Origin: an uncultured Treponema sp.
Lineage (GTDB): Bacteria; Spirochaetota; Spirochaetia; Treponematales; Treponemataceae
Direction of reading: 5' to 3'
NCBI GenBank assembly: GCA_938029485.1
Contig: CALHGC010000149.1
Coordinates: 1 to 41,610, forward strand
Length of the DNA: 41,610 bases
Positions 20,578 to 29,791 of the stretch are shown piece after piece. Below the pieces are notes generated by a model. The model was given only the letters and a program-made list of their open reading frames with translations. It was not told the DNA's origin and searched no databases. Made by a program: the position numbers and the translations under genes. Numbering within the stretch: the first letter of the stretch is position 1; each line of letters begins with the position of its first letter.

Positions 20578-20856
20578 CTATACGGCGTTTTTACAGATAA
20601 AATCACTCAGCGTTGAAACCGAATAAAAATGCTTTTTATTGTCCTCTTCATTTTGAGAGAAACTGATGCCGAATTTCTTTTTCAGCGCAACACCCAGCTC
20701 CAGTGCATCGATTGAATCCAAGCCTAATCCGTCTCCTTCTACAAAAAGAGGCGCTTCCGCATCGATGTCTGCCGGTTTTACATCTTCCAAATCCAACGAC
20801 TGAATAATGATATTCTTAATTTCGTTTTGGATATCTTCCTTAGTATTCACAACCAT
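20578..20856 (-). CDS. Acyl carrier protein (ApeE-like)
   Basis: 92 aa; APLF..GLGLDSIDALELG...HFYSVSTL. Confidence 0.92.
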   Translation of the reverse strand: MVVNTKEDIQNEIKNIIIQSLDLEDVKPADIDAEAPLFVEGDGLGLDSIDALELGVALKKKFGISFSQNEEDNKKHFYSVSTLSDFICKNAV

Positions 20857-21616
20857 CCTCCGAAAAAATTGTATTACGTATTGCTTCTGTCAATGTCCTT
20901 GCTGCCTGAGAAAAAGGTTCACGTTTAAATGAATCTATTGCTATCATTGCATGAGGTTCCAATATCAATCGTGCATATCCTTGAATATGTACTTTAAATA
21001 AGGATTCATGTTTTCCTAATCCTACAAGATTTTCAGTTTTAATATGAATCGGTAATATATCGGTATCTGCACGCAAAGCAATTTGTGCCGCACCTCTTTT
21101 GAGAGGTTTTCCGGCAGTCTCAGGTCTGGTACGAGTCCCTTCCGGGAAGATTATCATATTATTACCATCATGTAAAGATTTTTTGCAGCGTTCCAATAAT
21201 ACTTCGGGGTCTGCAGAAGAGCTGACAAAGAGTTGTCCGACAATTGCCCGTACCCAAAAATTATTGAATAAGCGCCCTGCAACAATACAGTCGGGATGCG
21301 GCACCGCAGAAATAAGAACCACAACATCAATTAATGACGGATGATTTGCAACGATAACGGTAGAGTGTAGATCTTTATATTTTTGCAGAGCGGAGGTGTC
21401 GACTTTGACGTGTGCCCACCAATGCAATAGGCATATGAAAAAAGAAAAGTGCCCGCGAACAACGGCCATTTTTGCATTATATCGTGCTTTTTTTTTCCAT
21501 ATGAATACATGAATTAAAGGAAATATAATAAATGAAGCCAATACCGAGCAAAGTCCGAAATATGCAAAACAGGCTAACTTTCCTACAATGTTTCTAAAAA
21601 CCCGCAGTTTATCCAT
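20840..21616 (-). CDS. PlsC-type lysophospholipid acyltransferase (ApeD-like)
   Basis: ANHPSLID (HX4D), IFPEGTRT, KRGAA. Confidence 0.9.
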   Translation of the reverse strand: MDKLRVFRNIVGKLACFAYFGLCSVLASFIIFPLIHVFIWKKKARYNAKMAVVRGHFSFFICLLHWWAHVKVDTSALQKYKDLHSTVIVANHPSLIDVVVLISAVPHPDCIVAGRLFNNFWVRAIVGQLFVSSSADPEVLLERCKKSLHDGNNMIIFPEGTRTRPETAGKPLKRGAAQIALRADTDILPIHIKTENLVGLGKHESLFKVHIQGYARLILEPHAMIAIDSFKREPFSQAARTLTEAIRNTIFSEDGCEY

Positions 21617-22289
21617 TCTTATATATCTCCAACCTGTTTACTTGAATGGATGCTGCTGGTTCTGTCGGGTTTTGCATAAAGCTGACGAAACGTTTGCACT
21701 GATCATAATTTTCCAATCGATCTTGCGGCGGTGTGGAAGAAAAACGTACCGTGTATCCGTTGCCTTGCAGTGAAAGTAAAAACGCTGCTATAAACGGTAT
21801 GTTTTTTTCATCGGAAATTCTTTGGTACGCTTCCGGTAAACGTTCTTCTCCTACCAACAGCAGCAGTTTTTCTTCTTCGCTATGGGTCTCCAAAAATGAA
21901 AGTGCATGAATTAACCCTGCTTCCAGTTGGTATGACATAGTGCTAAACGCTTGAGCTGACGCATGATTCTTGAGCGAAATTCCCAGCAATCCGAGTGCCG
22001 TATTAAACACCGATAAACTGAATGCTGTCGGCGATACTTCTTTTGTCTCAATTATTTTTTTTGAGATAGCATACTGGCGTTGGATCTCTCCGTATTTTGA
22101 TACGGAAATAATCGGCAAGTCTTCACCTTCACGGATATGTTGATGAGAGGCGGCAAAGCACATTTTAGTTAATTGGCTGCACCGTCTCCGTAACATCATC
22201 GGTACAAACGAAACATCAACTTCTGCCGCATTTTCCGTCGGTTCCCAGAAAAAAACGTTCAGTATTGTACAATTCCAGCTTTTCATCAT
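21609..22289 (-). CDS. Beta-ketoacyl synthase chain-length factor (ApeC-like)
   Basis: VPMMLRRRCS, SKYGE, VSPTAFSLSVFN, GEERLP..Y motifs. Confidence 0.85.
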   Translation of the reverse strand: MMKSWNCTILNVFFWEPTENAAEVDVSFVPMMLRRRCSQLTKMCFAASHQHIREGEDLPIISVSKYGEIQRQYAISKKIIETKEVSPTAFSLSVFNTALGLLGISLKNHASAQAFSTMSYQLEAGLIHALSFLETHSEEEKLLLLVGEERLPEAYQRISDEKNIPFIAAFLLSLQGNGYTVRFSSTPPQDRLENYDQCKRFVSFMQNPTEPAASIQVNRLEIYKNG

Positions 22290-22297
22290 TTTTCCTA

Positions 22298-23383
22298 TTA
22301 GGACACGTGAAATTGCAGCAGCGAATACGAGTTGATACCAAGGTTATGGTGTGCCCGTACCAGCGTACAGCCGACGGCTTCAATCGCACCGACTAAGTCC
22401 GAATATGAATACATTTTGCTGTTGCCGTTTGCCATTGCTGCAAAGTAAATCGACGTAGCCTGAATTGAATAGCTTGCCGCTTCAAACCGCTGCATATCCC
22501 ACAAAGGTTCAAGCACGAAGATGTTGCAATCGGATGGAACACAGCGCTTTATCTTTTTTAAGATATTTTGAATTTCTTCAAGAGAGAAACAATCAAGGAA
22601 CTGGCTCATCCAAACCGTATCGACATTGGACGGCAGCTGCTCATCATGATTCAAAATATTGGTAGGATAACTTTCGATTCGGTTTTTAAATGCTTCCAAT
22701 TCGGGATTGTTTTGCGCCATTGCAATTTGCGGTGCTAAATCCACCATTGTTACTAAAACTTCATTATTATAAGAAAGAGCCGCTTTAGTGAACTTTCCGG
22801 TATTGCTGCCGATGTCCATTATATGCCGGGGGTTTTCTTTAAATACGATGGGCAATGCTGCACCGAAGATACTGTCGGAATAATAATGATCGAATGCAAA
22901 CCAACTTTTCTGCACCTGTTTCGGCAACGCGGATAACCCTTGATAGATGGTATCCCAATCCCCAAAAACCTTTAAGCCGGCTGGTTTACCCGTTTTTAAG
23001 CTGTCCTGTAAATAAAAAAATCCCTGATAGCATACATCGTTGATAAAATTCATATTTGCTTTTGTCAACTCATCATTGAGCAAAAAGTAGCCGGTTTTTC
23101 CCAATACATAAGCCTGTGGCTCGGAATTCGGAACAATCTTTATGAGTTCCAAACCTAAGCTGAACTCCATCAACAGCTTTACGGCATAGGAAGAAAGCCC
23201 TGTTTTCTCGATGATAGCTTCTATCGTTAATCCGTCGTTTTTTGAATCCTCTATCGCTTTTAAGATATGCAGGTCAACCATTGCTTTTGCAGTTTGAAAA
23301 GCCGCCGGTGCAAAAGCTAATTTCTGAGCGGCAAATTTTGCCTCAAGGGCGGTAAGATTATCTTTGTAGTAGTATGAATGCAT
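22298..23383 (-). CDS. SAM-dependent methyltransferase (ApeB-like)
   Basis: AQKLAFAP N-terminus, MDIGSNTG SAM motif, WMSQFLDCFS, ANGNSKMY. Confidence 0.88.
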   Translation of the reverse strand: MHSYYYKDNLTALEAKFAAQKLAFAPAAFQTAKAMVDLHILKAIEDSKNDGLTIEAIIEKTGLSSYAVKLLMEFSLGLELIKIVPNSEPQAYVLGKTGYFLLNDELTKANMNFINDVCYQGFFYLQDSLKTGKPAGLKVFGDWDTIYQGLSALPKQVQKSWFAFDHYYSDSIFGAALPIVFKENPRHIMDIGSNTGKFTKAALSYNNEVLVTMVDLAPQIAMAQNNPELEAFKNRIESYPTNILNHDEQLPSNVDTVWMSQFLDCFSLEEIQNILKKIKRCVPSDCNIFVLEPLWDMQRFEAASYSIQATSIYFAAMANGNSKMYSYSDLVGAIEAVGCTLVRAHHNLGINSYSLLQFHVS

Positions 23384-23473
23384 AGAGATATTATAGCCAT
23401 CTTTTGAAAATATGCCTACCGTCTACGCGTTGCTGCGCTTGCATAATAAAAAATTTTTTTCTATTATATCGCC

Positions 23474-23884
23474 ATGACAGCAGTATTAGTGTATTTTGAT
23501 AAAGAAAAAAAAACACAAACACAGCTTTTTCTGGAAGCCTTAAAAGAGACTGCCCGAAATCGATGCGATGATCTTCGCATCCTGGATGGATATGCACTGA
23601 CCGATACGGATCGGTTTAATATGTACGGATATATTGTTGTTTTTTGCGCCGAAAAACCGCTTTTTACGTCAAAACCTAATCCTGCCGTTGTAACTATTTT
23701 AAAAGATCATGGCCTTAAAGAAGGTTGTAAAGGCTGCGTTCTTACCGTAAGCCGTGGGCTATTTTCTGAAAAATTTACCCGAAATGTGATGAACGGATTA
23801 GAAAGCTGCGGCTTTATGATCGACTACTTCGATACTTTGCGAAATGCAGCGGATGCTCGCCGTGCGGGGGCAAATATTGGATAA
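23474..23884 (+). CDS. Hypothetical protein (possibly flavodoxin-like fold)
   Basis: 136-aa ORF after promoter-like TTGCAT-17-TATTAT; overlaps the next gene. Confidence 0.7.
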   Translation: MTAVLVYFDKEKKTQTQLFLEALKETARNRCDDLRILDGYALTDTDRFNMYGYIVVFCAEKPLFTSKPNPAVVTILKDHGLKEGCKGCVLTVSRGLFSEKFTRNVMNGLESCGFMIDYFDTLRNAADARRAGANIG

Positions 23885-24773
23885 CAAGGCGGAAAACGGT
23901 CGGCAGGGTAGCGAAGAAGGACGCAGAAATCGGTCAGCTCATCAAGTTCCGGAAATAGAAGATTATTATAAGATTTTAGATATCTCTCCTTCTGCTTCGA
24001 CCGCAGAAATAAAACGAGCATTTAGAAAAAAAGCTAAAGAATTGCATCCCGATATTCCGCATAATGTTCGAAATATCGGCGGCAAAAAAGCGAATGAGCA
24101 GGATCTGATGCGGCTTATCCGTGCGTATGAAGCCCTGCTCGATGCAAAACGGCGAGCGGAATTTGATTTTTTCTACAATAAAACCGTGAAAAAAGGCGAA
24201 AGTTTCGATTACCGTACGTGGTTGAAAGAGCAGGCGGATCCCGAAAGCAGAGCTACACTGATCTTTTTTGATCTTTTTCATAATGCGGAAGATGAAGCGG
24301 TACGGGAATTTTTACGTCTCTGCTCGGAACATCCTTCGTTTTCGCTTCGCCGTTACTTTAGCAAAGGAGACTTTATGGATTGCGGGTTTGTGCTTGCAGA
24401 AGAACTCTATTTCCGCAATCACTATTATGAATCTTTTTTGCTGCTTGAACAAATTATCCGAGAAGAACGGAAAGATGCCTATTTCCGCCATTTTTTTTCG
24501 GAAGTGCTTATCTTAGCACGTAAGCTTATCCGAGAAAAACTCATTTACACGCTTGCCGATGATTTACTGCTTGATTGTTGCGAAGCCGCGCTGGATTTTG
24601 GGTTGAGTAAAGCGGATAATGCGGAAATATTAAAAAAGATGGCGGAAATTTATTATCGGATGGGTGATTTTACTACCGGTGACGGATGTGCGGCGGCGTC
24701 GGTGCGGATGAACCCTCGCATCCGCGGTATAACAAAGTTGAAGAAAAACTATCAGGAGCAGCTTTGGCGGTAA
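23844..24773 (+). CDS. DnaJ (J-domain) protein with C-terminal helical/TPR-like region
   Basis: DYYKIL..EIKRAFRKKAKELHPD..AYEALLD..RRAEFD; true start may be TTG 23877. Confidence 0.87.
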   Translation: MQRMLAVRGQILDNKAENGRQGSEEGRRNRSAHQVPEIEDYYKILDISPSASTAEIKRAFRKKAKELHPDIPHNVRNIGGKKANEQDLMRLIRAYEALLDAKRRAEFDFFYNKTVKKGESFDYRTWLKEQADPESRATLIFFDLFHNAEDEAVREFLRLCSEHPSFSLRRYFSKGDFMDCGFVLAEELYFRNHYYESFLLLEQIIREERKDAYFRHFFSEVLILARKLIREKLIYTLADDLLLDCCEAALDFGLSKADNAEILKKMAEIYYRMGDFTTGDGCAAASVRMNPRIRGITKLKKNYQEQLWR

Positions 24774-24851
24774 AGATGTGCCGATTGATTTAAATGCCGA
24801 TGATCGGTATATCTTGAAGCTGATGAGCTGTTCTAAAAAGGTAAGGATTAT

Positions 24852-25616
24852 ATGATACGGATTAAGACAAAGGAACAGATAGACGGTATCCGCCTATCCT
24901 GCAAGGCATTGGCGCGGCTCTTTAAAGAGCTGACCCCTCGTGTGAAGCCGGGTGTAACGGCTAAGGAACTGGATGACTTCTGCGTTGAGTACATTAAGAG
25001 CATCGGCGGCATTCCCGCATGGTATGCGGAAGACTTTCCCGGTGCAGCGTGCGTGTCTATCAACGAAGAAGTTATCCACGGGCTTCCCGATAAAAAGAAA
25101 ATCGTACGGGAAGGAGACCTCGTGTCGCTGGATATCGGTATTGACCTTAACGGATACATCAGTGATTCGTGCGTAACGGTGCCGGTTGGAAAGGTGAGTC
25201 CCGAACGTGCGCAGCTTTTGAAGGTTACCACCGACTGTCTCTATGCGGGTATCGCCGCTTGTCAGGCTGGTAAGCGGGTAAATGCAATATCCCGCGCGGT
25301 GTACGATTTGGCTCGGCAATATAAATACGGCGTTGTATATGAATATTGCGGTCACGGGGTCGGGCTTAAAGTACATGAAGATCCGAATATCCCGAATGTA
25401 CCGGAACGGGGAGCGCCGAATCCGCGGCTGGTACCCGGCATGGTGATTGCGATTGAACCGATGATCAACCTCGGTACGGCGGATGTTAAAACCCGCGCCG
25501 ACGGATGGACGGTTGTCAGCGCCGATAAGTCCTGCTCTTGCCACATGGAACACACGGTTGCCATCTTTGAAGATCACACCGAAATTTTAACTCAACTTGC
25601 TCCCGGTGAAGTGTAA
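24852..25616 (+). CDS. map: Type I methionine aminopeptidase
   Basis: CVSINEEVIHGLP, DIG..GYISDS, GHGVGLKVHEDP, IAIEPM, HMEHT. Confidence 0.96.
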   Translation: MIRIKTKEQIDGIRLSCKALARLFKELTPRVKPGVTAKELDDFCVEYIKSIGGIPAWYAEDFPGAACVSINEEVIHGLPDKKKIVREGDLVSLDIGIDLNGYISDSCVTVPVGKVSPERAQLLKVTTDCLYAGIAACQAGKRVNAISRAVYDLARQYKYGVVYEYCGHGVGLKVHEDPNIPNVPERGAPNPRLVPGMVIAIEPMINLGTADVKTRADGWTVVSADKSCSCHMEHTVAIFEDHTEILTQLAPGEV

Positions 25617-25669
25617 GTAAACGCGGCACATAGTTATCATTCGTTAATTGTAAGTTAAACAGAAGAAAG

Positions 25670-25697
25670 GCCGCTAAAAGGTGAAATTTTTAGCGGC
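25670..25697. terminator. Hairpin between convergent genes, probable terminator
   Basis: GCCGCTAAAA / TTTTAGCGGC 10-bp stem; T-rich tail on the minus strand. Confidence 0.6.
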
Positions 25698-25725
25698 TAC
25701 TATTCTACTATTAAGGATAGTTTTG

Positions 25726-26463
25726 TTATTTTACCAATTCAAAGGCTGAGTATTCGTTGGTGCCGTCTAAACTGTTTATTACCGTGTATCCTGCAGCTGC
25801 TAATTTTTCCGCAACGGCAAAAGAACGGTTGCCGGAATAGCAGTAGGTTAGCACCGGTTTTCCCTTAGGTAATTGCGGAAGTAACTCAGCGATGGTATCT
25901 GCATTCCCCGATATCGCGCCTTTTAAATGCGATACGGTATAATCCGCCGGTTCCCGGGCATCAACCACGGAGTAGTTTCCCGTATTCACTAACTCTTGCA
26001 TCTGCTTTCCGCGAACATTTGTAACTTTGGTGAGCGACTTATAAGAGTAGCTGCCGACTCCATCCGCATTGAACAGTTTTTTGAATCCGTTCTTTTGTAG
26101 GATTTTAGCAGCGGCCATGCTCCGTCTTCCGCTTCTGCAAATAACGATAATATTTTTATCCTTGAGGTCGGCAATATCGCTTAGCTTGTTTTCGATATCG
26201 TTGAGTCTGATGTTGATTGCATAGCGAACGTGTCCTGCCTCATACTCGTATTTTTCGCGTACATCGATAACAAGATACTGCTCTTTTTCTGCCTTATCGT
26301 TCATAATGGTATCCAGTTCGGCGCCTTTCATATTCACGATACCCGAATCTTGTGTACCGCTTTTTCCCCCTTGCGCTGTACAGGCTCCGCCAAGCAGTAC
26401 AATACAGACTAGCGCGTACATGAAGATACGCGTTTTTTTTAGATCAAATTTCCAATAATTCAT
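25726..26463 (-). CDS. Tandem rhodanese-domain lipoprotein
   Basis: Signal with LGGAC; two rhodanese repeats (IDVRE..CRSGRRS; VDARE..CYSGNRS); SD AAGGAG. Confidence 0.88.
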   Translation of the reverse strand: MNYWKFDLKKTRIFMYALVCIVLLGGACTAQGGKSGTQDSGIVNMKGAELDTIMNDKAEKEQYLVIDVREKYEYEAGHVRYAINIRLNDIENKLSDIADLKDKNIIVICRSGRRSMAAAKILQKNGFKKLFNADGVGSYSYKSLTKVTNVRGKQMQELVNTGNYSVVDAREPADYTVSHLKGAISGNADTIAELLPQLPKGKPVLTYCYSGNRSFAVAEKLAAAGYTVINSLDGTNEYSAFELVK

Positions 26464-26640
26464 TGTAATCTCCTTGAAACCTCTGTAGATTTGGTAAACT
26501 TTAGAGATTCCTTTTTATATGGCCGGGAATATACGGGAAAATAGAGAGAGAGTCAATTAAGAGATAAGGCAGCCACTCTAAACTTTTCCTGTAAATGTCC
26601 GTTTGCAAAACAAGTTTATTTCTTCTATACTGTAACGACA

Positions 26641-28065
26641 ATGAGTATGGAAAAACCGTTCTACGAAAAATTCGTTAAAAAAAGCTCTTCACATCAAACG
26701 AAAGATAAAACGAATCAGGTTCAAGTAGAAAAAAACCGCAGGGATCATCAAGTAAAAGAAAAAGAACGCTATCAAAAAACTTCCGAACGCGGTTCTAACC
26801 GGAGACATGGGCAGCAGCACCAAAAGCGGAACAGTGAACCTTATGCCTTCGGAAAGCCTATTTTTTCCGGACTTACCTCAGAAGCAAAAAATATCCTAGC
26901 GCATTTTCCCATGTTGTTGGATCAGGTTTTTCCGCTTGATGCAAAAAAAAAGCAACTGTTACCGCAGCATATTCATACGCTTTTCCATGAACTGACGGAT
27001 GAGCGAAGCAGCAGAAAAACGCACTATTTAAATGATCCGGTAAAGTTGTCGGCTTACGCACACTATTATGTTTGGTGGAACTTAGTACGGCTTGTCAAAC
27101 TTTTGCAGAATCTTGATATCCGGCTTGATGACGGCGATTATGCGGCAGACTTCGGTTCGGGACCGCTTACTTTTATCTGCGCTTTATGGATTGCAAAACC
27201 GGAGCTGCGGAAAAAACGGCTGACATGGTATTGCGTGGATATTTCCAATAAGGCGCTCGGCTTTGGAGAAGAGCTTTTTTTAACGCTCTGTGCATATACC
27301 GGTAGAACAAACCGTAACGGAGAAATTCCGTGGACTGTTAAGAAAGTGTGCGGCGCATTCGGTACGCCATTGTCCGAAAAAGTATCGCTGGTAACGGAAG
27401 CAAATATGTTCAATGAGATTTTCTGGAACAGTCCGCTTTCCCTTGATGAGCAGGCCGAAAAAACACGCCGTACCGTCATGCACTATCTAAAACCCTCCTG
27501 TTCGGTTCTTTTTATTGAACCCGGGATACCCCTTGCAGGCGAGTTTTTAAGCCTGTTGAGAACGGAATTTTTAGCGGCTGGATTTTCCGTCTATGCGCCG
27601 TGTCCCCATGATGGAGTTTGTTGTTTCCCCAATCGTCCGCCCCAAGGCGGAACAAAAGCGCCGGTCGCTTTTCATAAATGGTGCCATTTTACTTTTGAAA
27701 CGCACGATTCACCCGAAAATCTTCTCCGCCTTTCGGAAGCATCCCATTTGGGAAAAGAGCGTGCAAGTTTAAGTTTTTTATACGGCACGTTATCCTTATC
27801 TGCCATATCTTCCGGCACTGCACAGCGGGGGGCTTTCGATGGAATACCCGTGCGTATATGTTCGGATATTATCAAACCGGATCCGCACACCATCGGCAGA
27901 TATGCCTGTTCGGAAAAAGGTTTTATGTTTATTACCGGGCATGCGTACAAAGAATCGGTGTTAAATACCGCCGTATCGGGCGCTCTGCTTATCCTGCCGG
28001 AAGCGTCAGTGAAGCTTAATCAGCGGGATAAAAAGACCCATGCGCTTTTGGTAGAAGTGCCGTAA
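26641..28065 (+). CDS. Rsm22-family SAM-dependent methyltransferase
   Basis: ADFGSGPLT SAM motif, IEPG.P, APCPH..C and WCHF motifs; basic disordered N-terminus. Confidence 0.8.
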   Translation: MSMEKPFYEKFVKKSSSHQTKDKTNQVQVEKNRRDHQVKEKERYQKTSERGSNRRHGQQHQKRNSEPYAFGKPIFSGLTSEAKNILAHFPMLLDQVFPLDAKKKQLLPQHIHTLFHELTDERSSRKTHYLNDPVKLSAYAHYYVWWNLVRLVKLLQNLDIRLDDGDYAADFGSGPLTFICALWIAKPELRKKRLTWYCVDISNKALGFGEELFLTLCAYTGRTNRNGEIPWTVKKVCGAFGTPLSEKVSLVTEANMFNEIFWNSPLSLDEQAEKTRRTVMHYLKPSCSVLFIEPGIPLAGEFLSLLRTEFLAAGFSVYAPCPHDGVCCFPNRPPQGGTKAPVAFHKWCHFTFETHDSPENLLRLSEASHLGKERASLSFLYGTLSLSAISSGTAQRGAFDGIPVRICSDIIKPDPHTIGRYACSEKGFMFITGHAYKESVLNTAVSGALLILPEASVKLNQRDKKTHALLVEVP

Positions 28066-28169
28066 AAGTGGAGGGAAACGATTAGTTCGAAATTGCTATG
28101 GATACCATTATGGTTGACGCATCTATCGTTTCGTTTCCCTGCGTATCCATCCCTCTCTCCGCCCTTTAC

Positions 28170-29735
28170 TCACCCCAACTCACTTATATCGAGCCGGTCG
28201 AAGCCTTCCAGCAATGTGCGGGCGATGTCTTTCAACTTTGCAAGATCACCTTTTCGGGTGCTTTCGATATTCAGCGGCATAACGGGGTCGTGCAAGGATA
28301 AGCGGAGCAGCATCCAGCCTTGTGCTTCCGCGCTTTTAAACGAAATGCGCACCCCTTCATACGACTGCGGCAGTTCAAAGCCCGCTTTTTCGGCACGCTC
28401 TTTAAATGCTTGCAGGATTGAGGTGCCATATTCTTTAAAATCATCGCCGCGTATCTTAAAGCGCAATTCCGTTTCTTCTACCATCGGCGGCAGCTTTTCA
28501 ATCAGGCTTTCGATATTTTTTTCTGCGTGCTTTGCGTTCGCAAGCGCCGTTACCAGCTTTACCGCAAGAAAGGCGCCGTCATCAAGGTAGTAATTGTCTT
28601 TTAGTGCGCCGTGTCCGGACGTTTCCATTGCCAGCGGGCTGATAATCCCCTGCTCATTCAATTCGCGGCATTTGTTGATTACGTTTTTGTAGCCGCGCAT
28701 ATATCGCAGATGGGTAAGCCCCAGCTCCTGCTCAAGGAAGAAGGTGAGCCGGTCGGACGTTACCGAATCGGTAACGATGGTGCTGTGCGGATAGTCGGGC
28801 GCAAGGATTGCCGCCGTCATTGCGATAATTGCATCGCGGTTGACTTCCGTTCCGTCGGACAGCACTGCCGACATACGGTCAACATCCGTGTCGAAAATCA
28901 GACCTAAATCGGAATGGCTTTGCACGGTAGCGGTTTTAGCAGCTTCCATCGCCGCCTTGTTTTCGGGATTGGGAATGTGATTGGGAAAGGTGCCGTCCGG
29001 TTCAAGGAAGCGGCTGCCGCTTGTATCGGCGCCAAGCTCTTTTAATACTTGCTCCGCAAAAAAGCCGCCCGCACCGTTTCCGGCATCGACCGCAATTTTT
29101 AAGTTTGCAAGCGGCTTTTCGGCATGGAAGTTCAAGCCTTTTCTGATTGCGTCTTGCAGGTGTTTTGAGTACCGAGCAATTAAATCGAATGACCGGCATT
29201 TCGGCGCGCTGCTGTCTCCGGTAGTCTGTTGTGCGGCGGTATCCGGCGGAATGGTAGTACTTTGCCGCGCTGTAGCATCATGCCGAGTGGCAGCGTTGCG
29301 TAAAATTTCCGTGATGTCGGTGCGTTCAAGGCCGCCGGATTTATCGAAGAACTTGAACCCGTTCCTGTTGAAGGGGAGGTGGCTTGCGGTAATCATAATT
29401 GCGCCGTCAAAGTTTGTTTCTTCAAATACGGTACCCATAAACATTGCCGGTGTGGTAGCAAGCGAGCAGTGCACGATAGTAACCTGCTGCGCCGCAAGCC
29501 CTTCGACGAGCGCATTTTCAAGCGCTTCGCCGGAAAGCCGAGAATCCCGTCCTATACCGATCACCAGCGTATCTGCACTTTTCCCCGTTTTTGCGGAAAG
29601 CCAGAGCGCAAACGCCGCGCCGATGTTCCGGCAGACTTTATTGGTCAAGTTAACGTGTTCGCCGTCAACACCTTCCAGCGCAACGCCGCGGATATCGCTA
29701 CCGTTTTGCAGCTTCAAAAAATCATGTTCGTTCAT
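28170..29735 (-). CDS. Phosphoglucomutase/phosphomannomutase
   Basis: GSDIRG, ITASHLP (catalytic Ser), FDTDVDR, METSGHG. Confidence 0.95.
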   Translation of the reverse strand: MNEHDFLKLQNGSDIRGVALEGVDGEHVNLTNKVCRNIGAAFALWLSAKTGKSADTLVIGIGRDSRLSGEALENALVEGLAAQQVTIVHCSLATTPAMFMGTVFEETNFDGAIMITASHLPFNRNGFKFFDKSGGLERTDITEILRNAATRHDATARQSTTIPPDTAAQQTTGDSSAPKCRSFDLIARYSKHLQDAIRKGLNFHAEKPLANLKIAVDAGNGAGGFFAEQVLKELGADTSGSRFLEPDGTFPNHIPNPENKAAMEAAKTATVQSHSDLGLIFDTDVDRMSAVLSDGTEVNRDAIIAMTAAILAPDYPHSTIVTDSVTSDRLTFFLEQELGLTHLRYMRGYKNVINKCRELNEQGIISPLAMETSGHGALKDNYYLDDGAFLAVKLVTALANAKHAEKNIESLIEKLPPMVEETELRFKIRGDDFKEYGTSILQAFKERAEKAGFELPQSYEGVRISFKSAEAQGWMLLRLSLHDPVMPLNIESTRKGDLAKLKDIARTLLEGFDRLDISELG

Positions 29736-29791
29736 AGTGTGTTTATTTTTCCTTATGAAGGACTGCTAAAAGTCAAGGTTTTTAAAGGCTC

